A stretch of 63,276 nt of DNA, filler included. It is 21 parts of 21 records of this genome, joined end to end, with 100 filler letters (N's around TTAATTAATTAA, not from the genome) between each part and the next. Parts side by side here need not be neighbours in the genome. Positions count along the whole stretch, not along the records: positions 20,159 to 22,306 come from SRR36015645_67876; positions 22,407 to 24,560 come from SRR36015645_68337; positions 24,661 to 28,263 come from SRR36015645_68629; positions 28,364 to 31,604 come from SRR36015645_69107; positions 31,705 to 34,977 come from SRR36015645_69226; 16 more parts are not named here. One strand, given 5' to 3'. How positions within the stretch are numbered: position 1 is the stretch's first letter; each line of letters starts with the position of its first letter. The notes beneath the pieces are model-generated. The model was not told the origin of the DNA. It was given only the letters and a program-made list of their open reading frames with translations, and did no database searches. The translations under genes were made by a program, and so were the position numbers. Below, in pieces: positions 20,160-32,048 of this stretch.

Positions 20160-21548
20160 GATGAGGCTAATCTAATCAATGAGCTTACTAGAAAAGAAGC
20201 GGAGCGTGATAGATTAACAGCACAGAGCAGAAAAATGCAATTAATTGTACGGATCCAGGAACTTGATTTGAACAACAGGCAAACTGCAAGCGAGAATGAC
20301 CTGCTAGTTACCATGAGCCAAGCAAATACGGTTAGGCACGTGCCAAATTTTCCAACGCAACAATACCCATCACACTTAACTAATAGTTATGGCTTAGGTA
20401 CCGACATTCCCAGCACTGTGTTTGATAGGCCCATAAATAGGCCTACGCCGAGTTCTCACCTACTTCCAAGTGGTGTACCTAACACCTATTTTACCGTGGC
20501 GAGCACACATTACATGGGGCTTAATAACTCTTCAATTAGGCCTAGCTATAACTCTGCACCTGTCTTAACAAACGTTCATTATGCAAACGGCCACAGTTCA
20601 GCACCTAATCTCGAACATAGGCCTATCACAGTTGGCGTAGGCAACTGGGATTCTACTGCAAATCTGGCCCGCCCTACTCATGTAAACATGGTTGGGAGCG
20701 CTCATAATCGCCCCACAACTACAAGTAAGGTAGTGCCTAGCATGTATTGCGATCACTCTCAGAGTCCTAGTATCTCGCTAAACACAAACTCTCACTACAC
20801 AAATGTGCTGCCGGGTGCGGGTGACCAATCTGAGCCGGAAATACCAGCGCTTCACACCATCCGAGCTAACCATGGCAATCAGGCAGATAATTGGCTAAAA
20901 GATCTCCTCCAGCATAATGTTCAATTGGGCGCAGACAATCAAGGTAATCTCAAAACTTACAAAATAAAATCAGGGTCCGAAACTACAGGTAAAGACTCGA
21001 TACAGAAAGTTATTAGGTGGCCGCACAAAGAGGTCAAAGATTTAGGAAGTTTCTCAAATATTAAGTTCAAGGAAATAAACACATTTCAGTTAGTTGCTGG
21101 TGAATTAGAGATTATATCTGATGTCAAATTTCCAGTCTCTCAGAAAGAGGTTGACGGGAGACTCTCTTTGTTAAAAGACACAATGTATTACTCCCAAATT
21201 CACGGCTTTGATCAGGCAAGAGAATACTACCGTAAGGTTTGTGTAAGAATTGAGGAAGGCAAATCAGACTGGGGCGACAATTTCGACTCTGTCGCCAAAT
21301 GGACTTTTGCCACACCCCAATACGTACACAGGCCTCATACATTATTAACGAATCAGGACAATAACCCTAGTACTAGTATCCTACCCAATAGTCCAGGTAA
21401 CATTTGTAGATTTTATAATAGTGTGCATAGATGTCGATATGAAAAGTCTGGTAAATGTCGCAAAATGCATATTTGCGCAAAGTGTGCTGAAGTCGGAAAC
21501 GTGGGATCACACTCCGCAGTTTCCAATGATTGCACTCAAAATAGTTGA
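20160..21548 (+). CDS. gag: Gag-like ORF1 of a tyrosine-recombinase (Ngaro/DIRS-group) retrotransposon, 5' truncated
   Basis: KIKSG...RWPH, FQLVAGELEII, C-terminal CRFYN...C......C...HIC..C......H.....C zinc finger; clearly homologous to 39731-40933. Confidence 0.8.
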   Translation, partial: DEANLINELTRKEAERDRLTAQSRKMQLIVRIQELDLNNRQTASENDLLVTMSQANTVRHVPNFPTQQYPSHLTNSYGLGTDIPSTVFDRPINRPTPSSHLLPSGVPNTYFTVASTHYMGLNNSSIRPSYNSAPVLTNVHYANGHSSAPNLEHRPITVGVGNWDSTANLARPTHVNMVGSAHNRPTTTSKVVPSMYCDHSQSPSISLNTNSHYTNVLPGAGDQSEPEIPALHTIRANHGNQADNWLKDLLQHNVQLGADNQGNLKTYKIKSGSETTGKDSIQKVIRWPHKEVKDLGSFSNIKFKEINTFQLVAGELEIISDVKFPVSQKEVDGRLSLLKDTMYYSQIHGFDQAREYYRKVCVRIEEGKSDWGDNFDSVAKWTFATPQYVHRPHTLLTNQDNNPSTSILPNSPGNICRFYNSVHRCRYEKSGKCRKMHICAKCAEVGNVGSHSAVSNDCTQNS

Positions 21549-22306
21549 CTACTTGTGCGTAACTCATCCACTGTAGTACCCGAATACGCCAATGGAACAA
21601 TTAATTGTATTCCCGCTCACGATTTGTCCCCTACACGTAAATTAACATACCGGTACTGCAATCGAAGCGTTAGCTTGCCCCCGCTTACTCCTGTGAATAA
21701 ATGTTCACCGAGTGAGCCAAATACTGTGCAGCCACTGTTTACGCACGCACAATTGCCACAGAGGGTCAAGCCGGCGAGACCTAAACGCACCATTGTTCCT
21801 AACACATTGCGAACAGAGAGCGCAATATTGCAAGCTAGTAGTTCACAGGCTCATGTACAATTTTCGGGACCTGCATGTAATAAACCTGATCCAACTAATT
21901 CCCACCAGTTCAGCAAAACTAGCTATGCCCTTGGTATGTTTGCTGGCCTGGTATGCTTCATAATTGCTATACTATGTGTTGCATATTCGTGCTCATCAAG
22001 CACAAATGGCAACACACTGTCACACGATTTTAGACTTATGCATAGCAAAATATACGCCTCCGGCACATACAACTATGTAAACTGTCGCATACCTCTGCAG
22101 ACAACACTGAATGTCAGGCGCTGGAAACAATTACTAACTAACTACGAAGATAAGGAAATTGTTAACTTTATTGAGTTTGGTTGGCCTATAGGATATACAT
22201 CTGAAGACCTACCAGTTTCAATATACAAAAACCACTCATCCGCCCTGCAGTTCGCGACAGATGTTGATAATTACATAGCAAAAGAGCTCCAACTTGGCGC
22301 ACTGCT
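21549..22306 (+). CDS. pol: N-terminal part of YR-retrotransposon pol (linker, hydrophobic helix, RT N-terminus), in frame with gag
   Basis: SGTYNY.NCRIPL, WKQLL, FIEFGWPIGY, NHSSA, YIAKEL.LGAL match the RT N-terminus of the pol at 40934-43003. Confidence 0.8.
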
Positions 22307-22407
22307 NNNNNNNNNNNNNNNNNNNNNNNNNNNNNNNNNNNNNNNNNNNNTTAATTAATTAANNNNNNNNNNNNNNNNNNNNNNNNNNNNNNNNNNNNNN
22401 NNNNNNT

Positions 22408-22578
22408 AATAAGTTCACTGAAGATGGAAGACCTATTTGCAATTATTGTTCTAAAGTGGGACATAAGTTTCTAGAGTGCAGGGCAAGAAAGAGGACGTTT
22501 AGAAACCAGGGTGAGAGTAGAAATCCTCCTCTATCACGTTCATCTTACAGTCAGACTAGCTCAAACGGAAGTTGGTGA
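22408..22578 (+). CDS. gag: Ty3/Gypsy gag C-terminus with CCHC zinc knuckle (not in the ORF track)
   Basis: Hand translation NKFTEDGRPICNYCSKVGHKFLECRARK...SNGSW*, in the same frame as the following pol. Confidence 0.8.
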   Translation, partial: NKFTEDGRPICNYCSKVGHKFLECRARKRTFRNQGESRNPPLSRSSYSQTSSNGSW

Positions 22579-22590
22579 AGGGATGCAGCA

Positions 22591-24560
22591 ATGAAGGCTA
22601 ATAAAGAGGCTACTGAGGTTGCCCCACCTATAGATATCACGCAAATAGAAGCTAGGCTTACTGCTCCCTTATGTTCTGTACAGATAGGTAAACAGCAAGT
22701 TAATGCTTTAGTTGATTCAGGAGCAGGAGCTACTATTATTTCTGAAGTTGTATATAGGAATATACCAAAACCGAATAAAACGAAACTACGATATTTTGAT
22801 GCAACTAATTTAGTTTCAGTTACCGGACAAAGTCTACTTGTAGTGGGTGAAAGTAATGTAAATATGAAAATAGGTAGAAAGGAGATAAAACACCCATGCA
22901 TAGTAGTGAAAAACTTGCACAGGCCTATGATATTAGGGTATGACATGATGGATAAACATAAAATGCAGTTAGATTGCCATAAAAGACTACTAAAAATCGG
23001 TACTGAACTCATACCTTTACAGGCTAAAGAGACACAGACCGAGGCCATAGTGACGGTAAAAACAGACTGTAAAATACCACCTAATAGTGAAGTACATTGT
23101 TGGGGAGTGCTTAACACTAAAGTCAGAGCTGGCAGACAGGTGCTTGTCTCCGCCATCGATATTGCTCCAGCTATATCGAACCAGCCTGGCTTTGTGATTC
23201 CTAACACTCTTAACCACACGTCGATTGTGGATGGTAAACCAGTGGTTGCTCTAACAATGATAAACACCACTGACCATCCCATGAAGGTTAAAAGAGGCCA
23301 ACCAATCTGTTATGCGGAAATGTTGGACTCAGCTGAAATACAGGGTATAAAAACAGACCCCAAAGAAGTATTAGGCATTTATGAAGTGGCATATGACACT
23401 AATACAGATAACACCAGGTCAAATGGCTCACCTGACCTAACATCACGCGAGCCGAAGGTTAACCTGGATCACGTGCATCCAAGCCAAAAGTCGCAATTGA
23501 AGGGACTAATTGGAGAATACAATGATATATTTGCAGAAAAGGACACTGAACTAGGCTGCACCAACGTGGTGGAAATGACCATTCCAACCGGAGAAGCTAG
23601 ACCTATTAAACAACGACCATACAGGGTACCATTTAACCAACGACATGTCATCGATGAACATGTCGCTGCCATGTTGGAATCGGGAGTTATCAGCCCTAGC
23701 ACTAGCGCTTGGTCAAGCCCTGTGGTACTGGTTCCGAAAAAGGACGGGACTAAGAGATTTTGTATTGACTTTCGGAAGCTCAACTCGGTAACGGAGCACG
23801 ATGCACACCCCTTACCAGTGATAGACGACATCTTGTCTAGTCTAGGTAAGGCACGTTATTTTACCATACTCGATTTACGCTCAGGATATTGGCAAGTACT
23901 TTTGGCACAAGAAGATAGGCCCAAAACAGCTTTTTGCACCTATCGGGGACTGTACGAGTTTAATGTTCTACCCTTTGGCCTTCAAGGCGGACCTGCAATT
24001 TTCCAGAGAGTCATGAACTATGTCTTGGAGGGCCTACAACATCGATGTGCCATGCCATACTTGGATGATATCGTGATATTCTCGGAATCATTCCAAGAAC
24101 ACCTACAGCACCTAGATGAAGTGTTCCATCGATTACGACAAGCTGGTCTCAAGTTGAAAGCCTCCAAATGCGAATTCTTGAAGAATGAAGTAAACTATCT
24201 AGGCCACGTCGTAACACCAGACGGTATTAAACCTGATCCTAAGAAGGTGGAGGTGATACAACAACTCCAGCCACCGAAAACGGTAAAACAAGTTAGGAGC
24301 TTTGTGGGAATGACGTCATATTACCGGAAGTTCATCAAAGATTACGCCATTATTGCCAAGCCTTTGACAAAACTTACGGGAGCCTATGTTAGATTTGAGT
24401 GGGATGAGGATGCTCAAAAAGCATTTGAGACGCTCAAAGAAAAACTAATAAGTGCTCCAATACTGGCGTACCCGGACCCGAATAAACCATACCGACTATA
24501 TACTGATGCATCCACACATGCGGTAGGAGCAGTTTTGTCTCAGGGGAGCGAGGACGGAGA
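22591..24560 (+). CDS. pol: Ty3/Gypsy pol: aspartic protease, RT, start of RNase H (3' truncated)
   Basis: ALVDSGA, ILGYD, RFCIDFRKLN, LDLRSGYWQ, LPFGL, YLDD, YLGH, LYTDAS. Confidence 0.93.
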
Positions 24561-24964
24561 NNNNNNNNNNNNNNNNNNNNNNNNNNNNNNNNNNNNNNNN
24601 NNNNTTAATTAATTAANNNNNNNNNNNNNNNNNNNNNNNNNNNNNNNNNNNNNNNNNNNNGTTTTGTTCTTATTTATATTTTTAGTTTCAATCTTAATAA
24701 AGAAGCATTTAAACCATTGTCTGCCTCCAGTACAGTTTTTTGTGACCGTCTCCCGTCGTAACATCATTGAAACTTCTGCCAGCAAAGATGTGTTGTTCCT
24801 TCAAAACAGATGACTCAACATGGACAGCAACAGACTAGCATCACTCAGAGACAGTATTATTCTGCGTGATATTATAGCCGTTCATTGTTAGCCTATGTCT
24901 TGCAGTTGTACGTTAGTGGTTTATCAGAATTGTTGAACTGTGGAAATAAAAAACAGTAGACAAA

Positions 24965-27900
24965 ATGTCTGATACTAGTGATAAAGTGAAAAATGTTAAT
25001 GTGACAGACACTGTTAATGGTATTGGTAATGTTAATTTACATACTCCAAATATTGATAATCGAAATAGTATCCAAACCCTTAGGGGTAGTAGAAAAGCAC
25101 ATGCAGGTCACCTAACACGTGCTATTGATAAAGCATATGAATTAATTGCTACCGGTAGTAGTAATGCATCCAGTAACGATGTTCAATTTATCCGTACAAA
25201 GATTACTGAACAATATGATGCAATAGATAAATGTTGTTTACAGTTAAAAGACAATTTGACAGAAGAAGCCGAATTATGTGAGCTTAAACGTTACTCAGAC
25301 GATAAGTCAGTTGAATGCCGTCGTGTGTTGATTGCATTAGATAATTATAATATGTCACTTAGGCAGGCAGGTAACGCATCACAGTTAGGTCGTCCTGGTC
25401 TTAATCAGAACGGTCAAGACGACGTCCATGCAGGCGACTCCGTTAGCCAAGTTTCGGTGAAGACAGTCAGCTCAGCAACCAAGTTGAGGATGGAAGCCGA
25501 GGAGATCCGGCTGCAGTTGCAGCAGATGGAAAGGCTGCAACAGTTAGAGAAACAACGGCTCCAAATTAAGCAGGAGGAAGATAAAATACGGATAGAGACG
25601 AAGTTGAAGATTGCTGAGCAAAGGGCTTTGCTAGCAGATCAATTGTCAGAGCACCGGTCAGTGGGTCATCGGTCAGCAAGTCCAGTGCAGTCTCTCAGTG
25701 GTCTACACTTCAGTCAAAGATCATTCCCACGACCGGTAATTCCAGTCCAGTCATCATCAAGTGATATTGAAGAAGCCCTCAAAGGTGTATCGAATGCTAT
25801 CAGGAAAGGATTCATGCTTCCCCCGGCAGTCATCTCTCCTTTTAAAGGAGACCCTATAGATTATCCACGCTTCCAATGTACTTTCGCTACAGTAGAGGGC
25901 AAGTGCGTGGACGCTCAAGAGAAGTTGAATTACTTACTACAGTACACAGAGGGCCCTGCCAGATCGCTCATCAATGACTGTGTTATGCTTAGTCCTGAGC
26001 AAGGTTTGAACAAAGCAAAGAATCTTCTGCGTGAACGTTATGGGACTCCATACATAGTTGCTCGGAGTTACCTAGACACGCTGACTACCGGACCAGAATT
26101 GAAGATTGGTGATAGCAAAGCAATCCAGGAATTTGCTGATACATTGCGTGATTGTCAGGATACATTAAACCGTATGGGATATATGTCTGATGCTAATGCA
26201 TGTGATACGCTTAGGAAGATCGTTTCTCGCTTTCCACCACAATGGAGAGGTCAATTCCTTTCATACTGCGAAAAACTTGATGATCGCACGGTTGACGAAA
26301 GTGATGGTAGTATTAACGAAGTTGCCTTTAAAGATGTTGTTTCGTTTGTAGTCAAGCGTGCTAGGTCATGTAATCATCCAGTCTTTGGTAATTTGTTTGA
26401 TAGATCACAGAATCGTAGTGACAACAGAGGTCATAGAGCGGGTGAAAGCAATCGTAGTACATATAAACCATGGGAAACGAGCCGCAGTATTCCCCGGTTT
26501 TCCGCAAATGCGTCCGAGATGTCACTTCCTGAATGCTTTTTGTGTTCAAGACCACATAGTCTTAGTGACTGTGAACAATTTACATCACAGAGTCCTAATC
26601 AACGTTTCGACATCGCGTTCAGAGAGAATTTGTGTATCAATTGCTTGATGCCGAATCATATAACAAGGAACTGTCCTAGCGTAAATCAATGCAATAAGGT
26701 TGGTTGTAAAACGCGTACTAAACATAATGTTCTGCTACATCCACTCCCACAGCGTTTTGGAGTCTCCCGTAGGTCAAACAGTGAACAGACGACCACGACT
26801 TCGACACTGTCAGATGGAGCCGGGAAGTCAGCAGTTGTACAGTCAGACGGAGCCGGGAGACCAACATCCGTACCAGTAGCATTGCAGAAATCCAGCATGC
26901 AGAATGTGCCACCTGTCAGTGATTCTAGTGAGAACTGTACTGCCACACAAGAATCAGGTGGAGCATTTATGCAGGTAGTTCCAGTCAAAGTTTGGTCAGA
27001 AGGTAGCAACCGTTCGGTGTCAACACTGGCATTGATTGACACTGCATCTACTATTTGTTTGTGCGACCAGTCACTGGTTGACCAGCTCGGAATACAGGGT
27101 GTTCCACAGGAAGTGTCTTTAGCAACTGTCTCAGGTACAGATAGAAGACAGGTACATCGAGTTAGTCTCGAAATCCGAGGTGCTCAGGAATCTGAAGTTG
27201 TTGATCTTCCGGATGTGAAAGCAGTCAATAATCTTAACATCAAATATACTCGTCGACCGTCTCGTGTTGAATTGAACCAATACAGTCACCTCAGAGATAT
27301 TCCGTTTGGTGAACATAAAGGTGAGATTCTACTGCTGATAGGGACAACAGTGCCAAAGTGTTTTGTTGCTAAAGAAATCAGCATTGGAGAAAAAGACACC
27401 ATGCCTATCGCGGTAAAGGGTCCACTGGGATGGTCTGTACTCGGTGGCTGTGGGGACATGGCAACTTCATTAGTGAATTGTACGTCAACAGTCGAAGATG
27501 TCCTGATGAAACAAGTGAAACGTTTCTGGGAACAAGATATGGAAGGAACTGTACGTGACCAGAAGGTAGGCATGTCAGTTGAGGACAGAAAGGCACTGCA
27601 GGTGATGGAGTCTTCAGCAGTATTAAAGAATGGACACTATCAGATGAAGCTTCCGTTTCGAACTGAGTGTCCAGTTCTTCCTAACAATAGATTCCAGGCT
27701 GAGCAGAGGTTCCATTCACTAGTAAAGCGCTTTGTACGTGACCCAAGCTGGTACAAGATGTACAAGGCTGCTATTCAAGAGTATCTCGACTGTGGGTATG
27801 CAGAAAAGGTTCCCAAACCGGAAATGAAGGCAAATGGTGCAGTGAAATATGGTAGAAAGTGGTATCTACCACATCATGGCGTTACACATGAAGCCAAGCC

Positions 27901-28263
27901 AGGACGTGTAAGGTCGGTCTTTGATTGCGCTGCAGAATACGATGGTACGTCACTAAATAAAACCATTCTGCAAGGCCCGGATCTGACGAGTAGATTATTC
28001 GATGTACTGCTTCGTTTCCGAGTGGAGATTGTTGCTCTTTTCGGCGACGTTAAGGCAATGTTTAGCCAGGTGAAGCTCTATTCAGAACACTGTGACTACA
28101 TGAGATTTCTTTGGTTTGAAGATGATGACATCACCAAACCTCCAGTAGACTTCCGTATGACTGTACATCCATTTGGTTGTATATCATCTCCTTCTTGTGC
28201 AGCATATGCCTTGCAGAGAACATGTAGAGACAATGCATCCAGCTATGAACCCGCGGTAATAGA
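24965..28263 (+). CDS. BEL/Pao gag-pol polyprotein (3' truncated)
   Basis: DUF1759-like FKGDPIDY...KLNYL; triple Cys/His knuckles (CFLC...H....C, CINC....H....C, C....C....H...LH); protease ALIDTAS; Pao RT motifs YLPHH, VFDCAA, GPDL, DVKAMF, HPFG. Confidence 0.92.
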
Positions 28264-28496
28264 NNNNNNNNNNNNNNNNNNNNNNNNNNNNNNNNNNNNN
28301 NNNNNNNTTAATTAATTAANNNNNNNNNNNNNNNNNNNNNNNNNNNNNNNNNNNNNNNNNNNNGCTTCCGGTGTCATGGCGTCTTCCGGTTGAGTCAAAG
28401 TGACAGCTCCCGCGAAAATTCAGAAGAGGATACAGATTATTTGGTTGTATTAATGCCAACCTGGTCTATTTTGGTTACTAAGCACATACCAACATT

Positions 28497-29474
28497 ATGA
28501 GTGAAAAAAATTCATCCAGAAAGGGTAGCATATCAAAATTAACCGACTTGGTATTGAACCCAAAAAGTCAGAAAGGAAACAAAGATGGCGGCCCCCATGA
28601 TCATGATCATGATGAAAATGATGCAGTGTCCAGTGTGCATGGTGATGTTGCTGGAAAGAAGTATACTTGCAGTATTTGTAACTTAGAAGTTAAGGATGGA
28701 CAAAGGAGCATAGAATGTGAGTGGTGTGCAAGGTGGGAACATAAAGACTGTTCTGGAATTTCTGATTCTCATTTCAAGTTAATTACCAAAGGGCCTAAGA
28801 GTATCATGTGGTTTTGCTCCCTCTGCCAGCCAAAGGTAGGAATGACACTCAAGTTCTTCAATGAGGTACGTGAAGTGCAGGCCGATCTTTGTGAGAGGGT
28901 AAAAGGTGTAGAAGGTGACGTTAAACAAGTAAAGAAGCAACTAGCCGGCATGGAGACAACCATTGATCGAACCATTGACGTTAAAGTGTGTGATGCTATC
29001 AAAGAAGAAAAAGAAAAAGAATACCGTGCAACAAATATTATAATACACAACGTACAAGAATCGGCAAGCGAGTCCCCGGAAACACGAAAAGCAGAGGATA
29101 CCGATTTTTTTACCGAAATCGTTGAGGAACTCGACCTGCAAAGTGAAGATATTGAGGCGGACAATGTAATCAGGCTAGGTAAAAAGAAGGATGGTGAAAA
29201 GAGGCCGATGAGGGTAACGCTCAAGAATACGAAGCAGAAAAATTTGTTGTTGTCTCGGGCAAAAAACTTAAGGACAACGAAAAACGACCGTTTAACCATG
29301 GTGTTTCTAACTCCAGACCTGACTCCTGCCCAGAGAGAAGAAAACCGGATACTGAGGAACAAACTAAAGGAGGAAAGAGAGAGGGGCAAAGACATGGTAA
29401 TCCGGAGAGGGAGGATCGTCCCACGGGAGGCACGTCCGCCACCAAGGGGGGCACGTCCGCCGCCACGGGATTAG
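28497..29474 (+). CDS. LINE ORF1 with PHD finger (CR1-like)
   Basis: C4HC3 PHD CSIC...CEWC..WEH..C...WFCSLC; RATNIIIHNV, RLGK, RPMRV, FLTPDLT. Confidence 0.88.
   Translation: MSEKNSSRKGSISKLTDLVLNPKSQKGNKDGGPHDHDHDENDAVSSVHGDVAGKKYTCSICNLEVKDGQRSIECEWCARWEHKDCSGISDSHFKLITKGPKSIMWFCSLCQPKVGMTLKFFNEVREVQADLCERVKGVEGDVKQVKKQLAGMETTIDRTIDVKVCDAIKEEKEKEYRATNIIIHNVQESASESPETRKAEDTDFFTEIVEELDLQSEDIEADNVIRLGKKKDGEKRPMRVTLKNTKQKNLLLSRAKNLRTTKNDRLTMVFLTPDLTPAQREENRILRNKLKEERERGKDMVIRRGRIVPREARPPPRGARPPPRD
29421..29470 (+). repeat. 21-bp GC-rich tandem repeat encoding (PR.ARPP)2 at the ORF1 C-terminus
   Basis: ccacgggaggcacgtccgcca / ccaaggggggcacgtccgccg / ccacggga. Confidence 0.8.
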
Positions 29475-29539
29475 CAGCAGCTAACCTCAAGCAGAGGAAG
29501 TCAAGTCATGTAAATACTAGTGTAGAAAAGTCTGTATAT

Positions 29540-31604
29540 ATGTTAAACTGTTACTATACGAATGCTCAGAGCATTGTAAATAAGTTAGATGAGTTCAAGG
29601 CACAAATCGAGGAGACAAAGCCCTTAGTAATTGGCGTAACGGAATCATGGTGTCATGACGGAATTAGCGATGGCGAAATTTCTATCGCCGACTATAACTT
29701 GTATCGGAAGGATCGTACAGGGCAAATGGGTGGAGGTGTACTACTGTATGTTCACAACTCACTATCATCGGCGCCATGCGACGAATTGAATGTGCTTGAT
29801 TACAACGAATCCGTTTGGAGTACTATCGACCTCGGAAACAAAGACAAACTTCTAGTTGGAGTCTGCTATCGTACCCCATCATCGAGCCAGCAGAACAACG
29901 ATAATCTCAACAAACTACTTTTGGAATCTAGGAAGGTGAGGGGAATTTCACACGAACTTACTATGGGCGATTTCAACTATGGCGATATCAACTGGAAAAC
30001 CTTTGAAGTGAATGCCAGCGAAGAACACAGTGCTACAAAATTCTTCGACACTACCCAAGACTTGTACTTGGTGCAGCACGTGGATACTGAAACACGTTTT
30101 AGAGGTCAACAGAAGTCTTGTCTGGATTTGGTCTTCACGAATGAAGAACACATGGTGGATAGTTTGTACACTACCCAACCGCTCGGTAAAAGCGACCACT
30201 TAGGTCTAGTATGGAACTACATCTGCTACTCGGAAGTAAAACAATCATTTATTAGAAGAACTTTACCCAACTACAGGAAGGCTAACTACGCGGAGATCAA
30301 CAAGAAGCTAGGCATGGTAAACTGGGAGGTCGAGTTAGCCAACAAGTCGGTTGAGGAAAGTTGGGTGATTCTTAAGGACAAATTTGATGAGTGCCAAGAG
30401 TTTATTCCTACTTTTAAGCCTCGCAAAACCAACTACCAAGCGCCATATTGGAATGATGCTCTAAGAAGCTCAGTGAAAAGGAAGTATGCACTTTTCAAGC
30501 GATATAAACAAACAGGGAGAGATATTGAGTACCAACAATATGTCGAACAGCGTAACAGAACTTGCAGACTTCTAAAGAAAGCGAGAAAGCAACACGAGAA
30601 GAGATTAATCAAGGACTTTAAAACTAACCCAAAGCCATTCTACAGCTATGTTAGAGGAAAGCAGAAGGTCAAGCAATCAGTCAGTAATCTTAAAAGGAAG
30701 GACAACACCACAACACAAAACGACGAGGAAACTGCCATCGAACTAAACGAATTCTTTAAGTCAGTCTTTGTTGAAGAAAACAGTGAGGATATTCCAGAAT
30801 TCCCAGATAGAGTAACAGCAGAGCAATGTATAGACGACATTGAATTTACAGTAGAGGAGATAGAAGGAAGACTGTCAAAACTAAACGAGAACAAAGCTGT
30901 AGGACCAGACAACATAAGTCCCAAGTTCCTCAAGGAAACGAGTCAAACGATAGCACTTCCACTGTTCATCATATTTAGAAGAACGTTAGATGACCACACC
31001 TTGCCTGACGATTGGAAGAGAGCTAACATTACGCCAATCTACAAAAAGGGAACAAAAAGCAAATCAAACAACTACAGACCGATAAGCCTCACATCACAAG
31101 TTTGCAAATTGTTCGAAACTCTAATACGGGACCATCTGATAAAACACATAAAGGCACTGAAACTACAATGCACCAATCAACATGGATTCACACGAGGCAG
31201 GTCATGCCTAACAAATTTACTGGAAACACTCGAAGATTGGTCCGAAGCATTCGACGAAGGTTACGGTATAGATGTCATATTCCTGGATTACCAGAAAGCC
31301 TTTGACACGGTGCCACATAGAAGACTTCTAGAAAAGTTGAAAGGGTACGGAATCAGGGGAAATCTTCTATATTGGATAAGCGCATTTTTAATCGGACGCA
31401 AACAACGTGTCGTAGTTAATGGAGCAACTTCAGAATGGACTGACGTTGATAGTGGCGTACCGCAAGGATCCGTACTAGGGCCACTCTTATTTCTTCTCTA
31501 CGTGAACGATATACCCGACATAGTATCCTCACAGGTTAAAATGTTTGCTGACGACACAAAATTGTATAAGAAGATTAAATCAAATTGTGACACGGAAAGC
31601 ATAC
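29540..31604 (+). CDS. LINE ORF2: APE endonuclease + RT (CR1-like), 3' truncated
   Basis: YTNAQS, VTESW, GGGV, YRTP, GDFN, LDL, SDH, AVGPD, NYRPISL, QHGF, KAFD, VPQGSVLGP, FADD. Confidence 0.93.
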
Positions 31605-32048
31605 NNNNNNNNNNNNNNNNNNNNNNNNNNNNNNNNNNNNNNNNNNNNTTAATTAATTAANNNNNNNNNNNNNNNNNNNNNNNNNNNNNNNNNNNNNNNN
31701 NNNNATGACCTTGAACTAGATGTTCATTTGTTGGCAAAAACCGATCCCCCTAAAAGTAGCCGTGAAGACGGACTTGGACTCGACTCACTCGCAGAATCAC
31801 GTAGCGGCCGACACGCTATTGGTCAGTTAAACGGTGACGTAGGAAATCCCAGGCACGTTAATGAGCATTTAAACGCTGACGTACATGTAGTGCAAACCGG
31901 CGCGGGGAACCACCGTAGTGACGTCACTGGGGATACCCGCCGTGATTCACGTGTGGATAGTGTTGTGGCAGAAACTGGAGATCCGATTGGACAGTGCGAG
32001 GCTGCCGAGTGTGCGGAGCCGCGTGGTGTTTCGTTGGTAGGGGACGAG

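Noticed and set aside
21546-21548. In-frame UGA read as selenocysteine or an alternative genetic code
   Set aside because: Other ORFs here end normally at TGA (e.g. 12157, 33893, 39528), the codon is not at a catalytic Cys position, and no SECIS was recognised; the leaky-stop context explains it better.
24661-24763. Possible BEL/Pao 5' LTR end (AATAAA at 24696, ...gtaaca at 24763)
   Set aside because: No TGG primer-binding site follows and there is no second LTR to compare, so it is unsupported.
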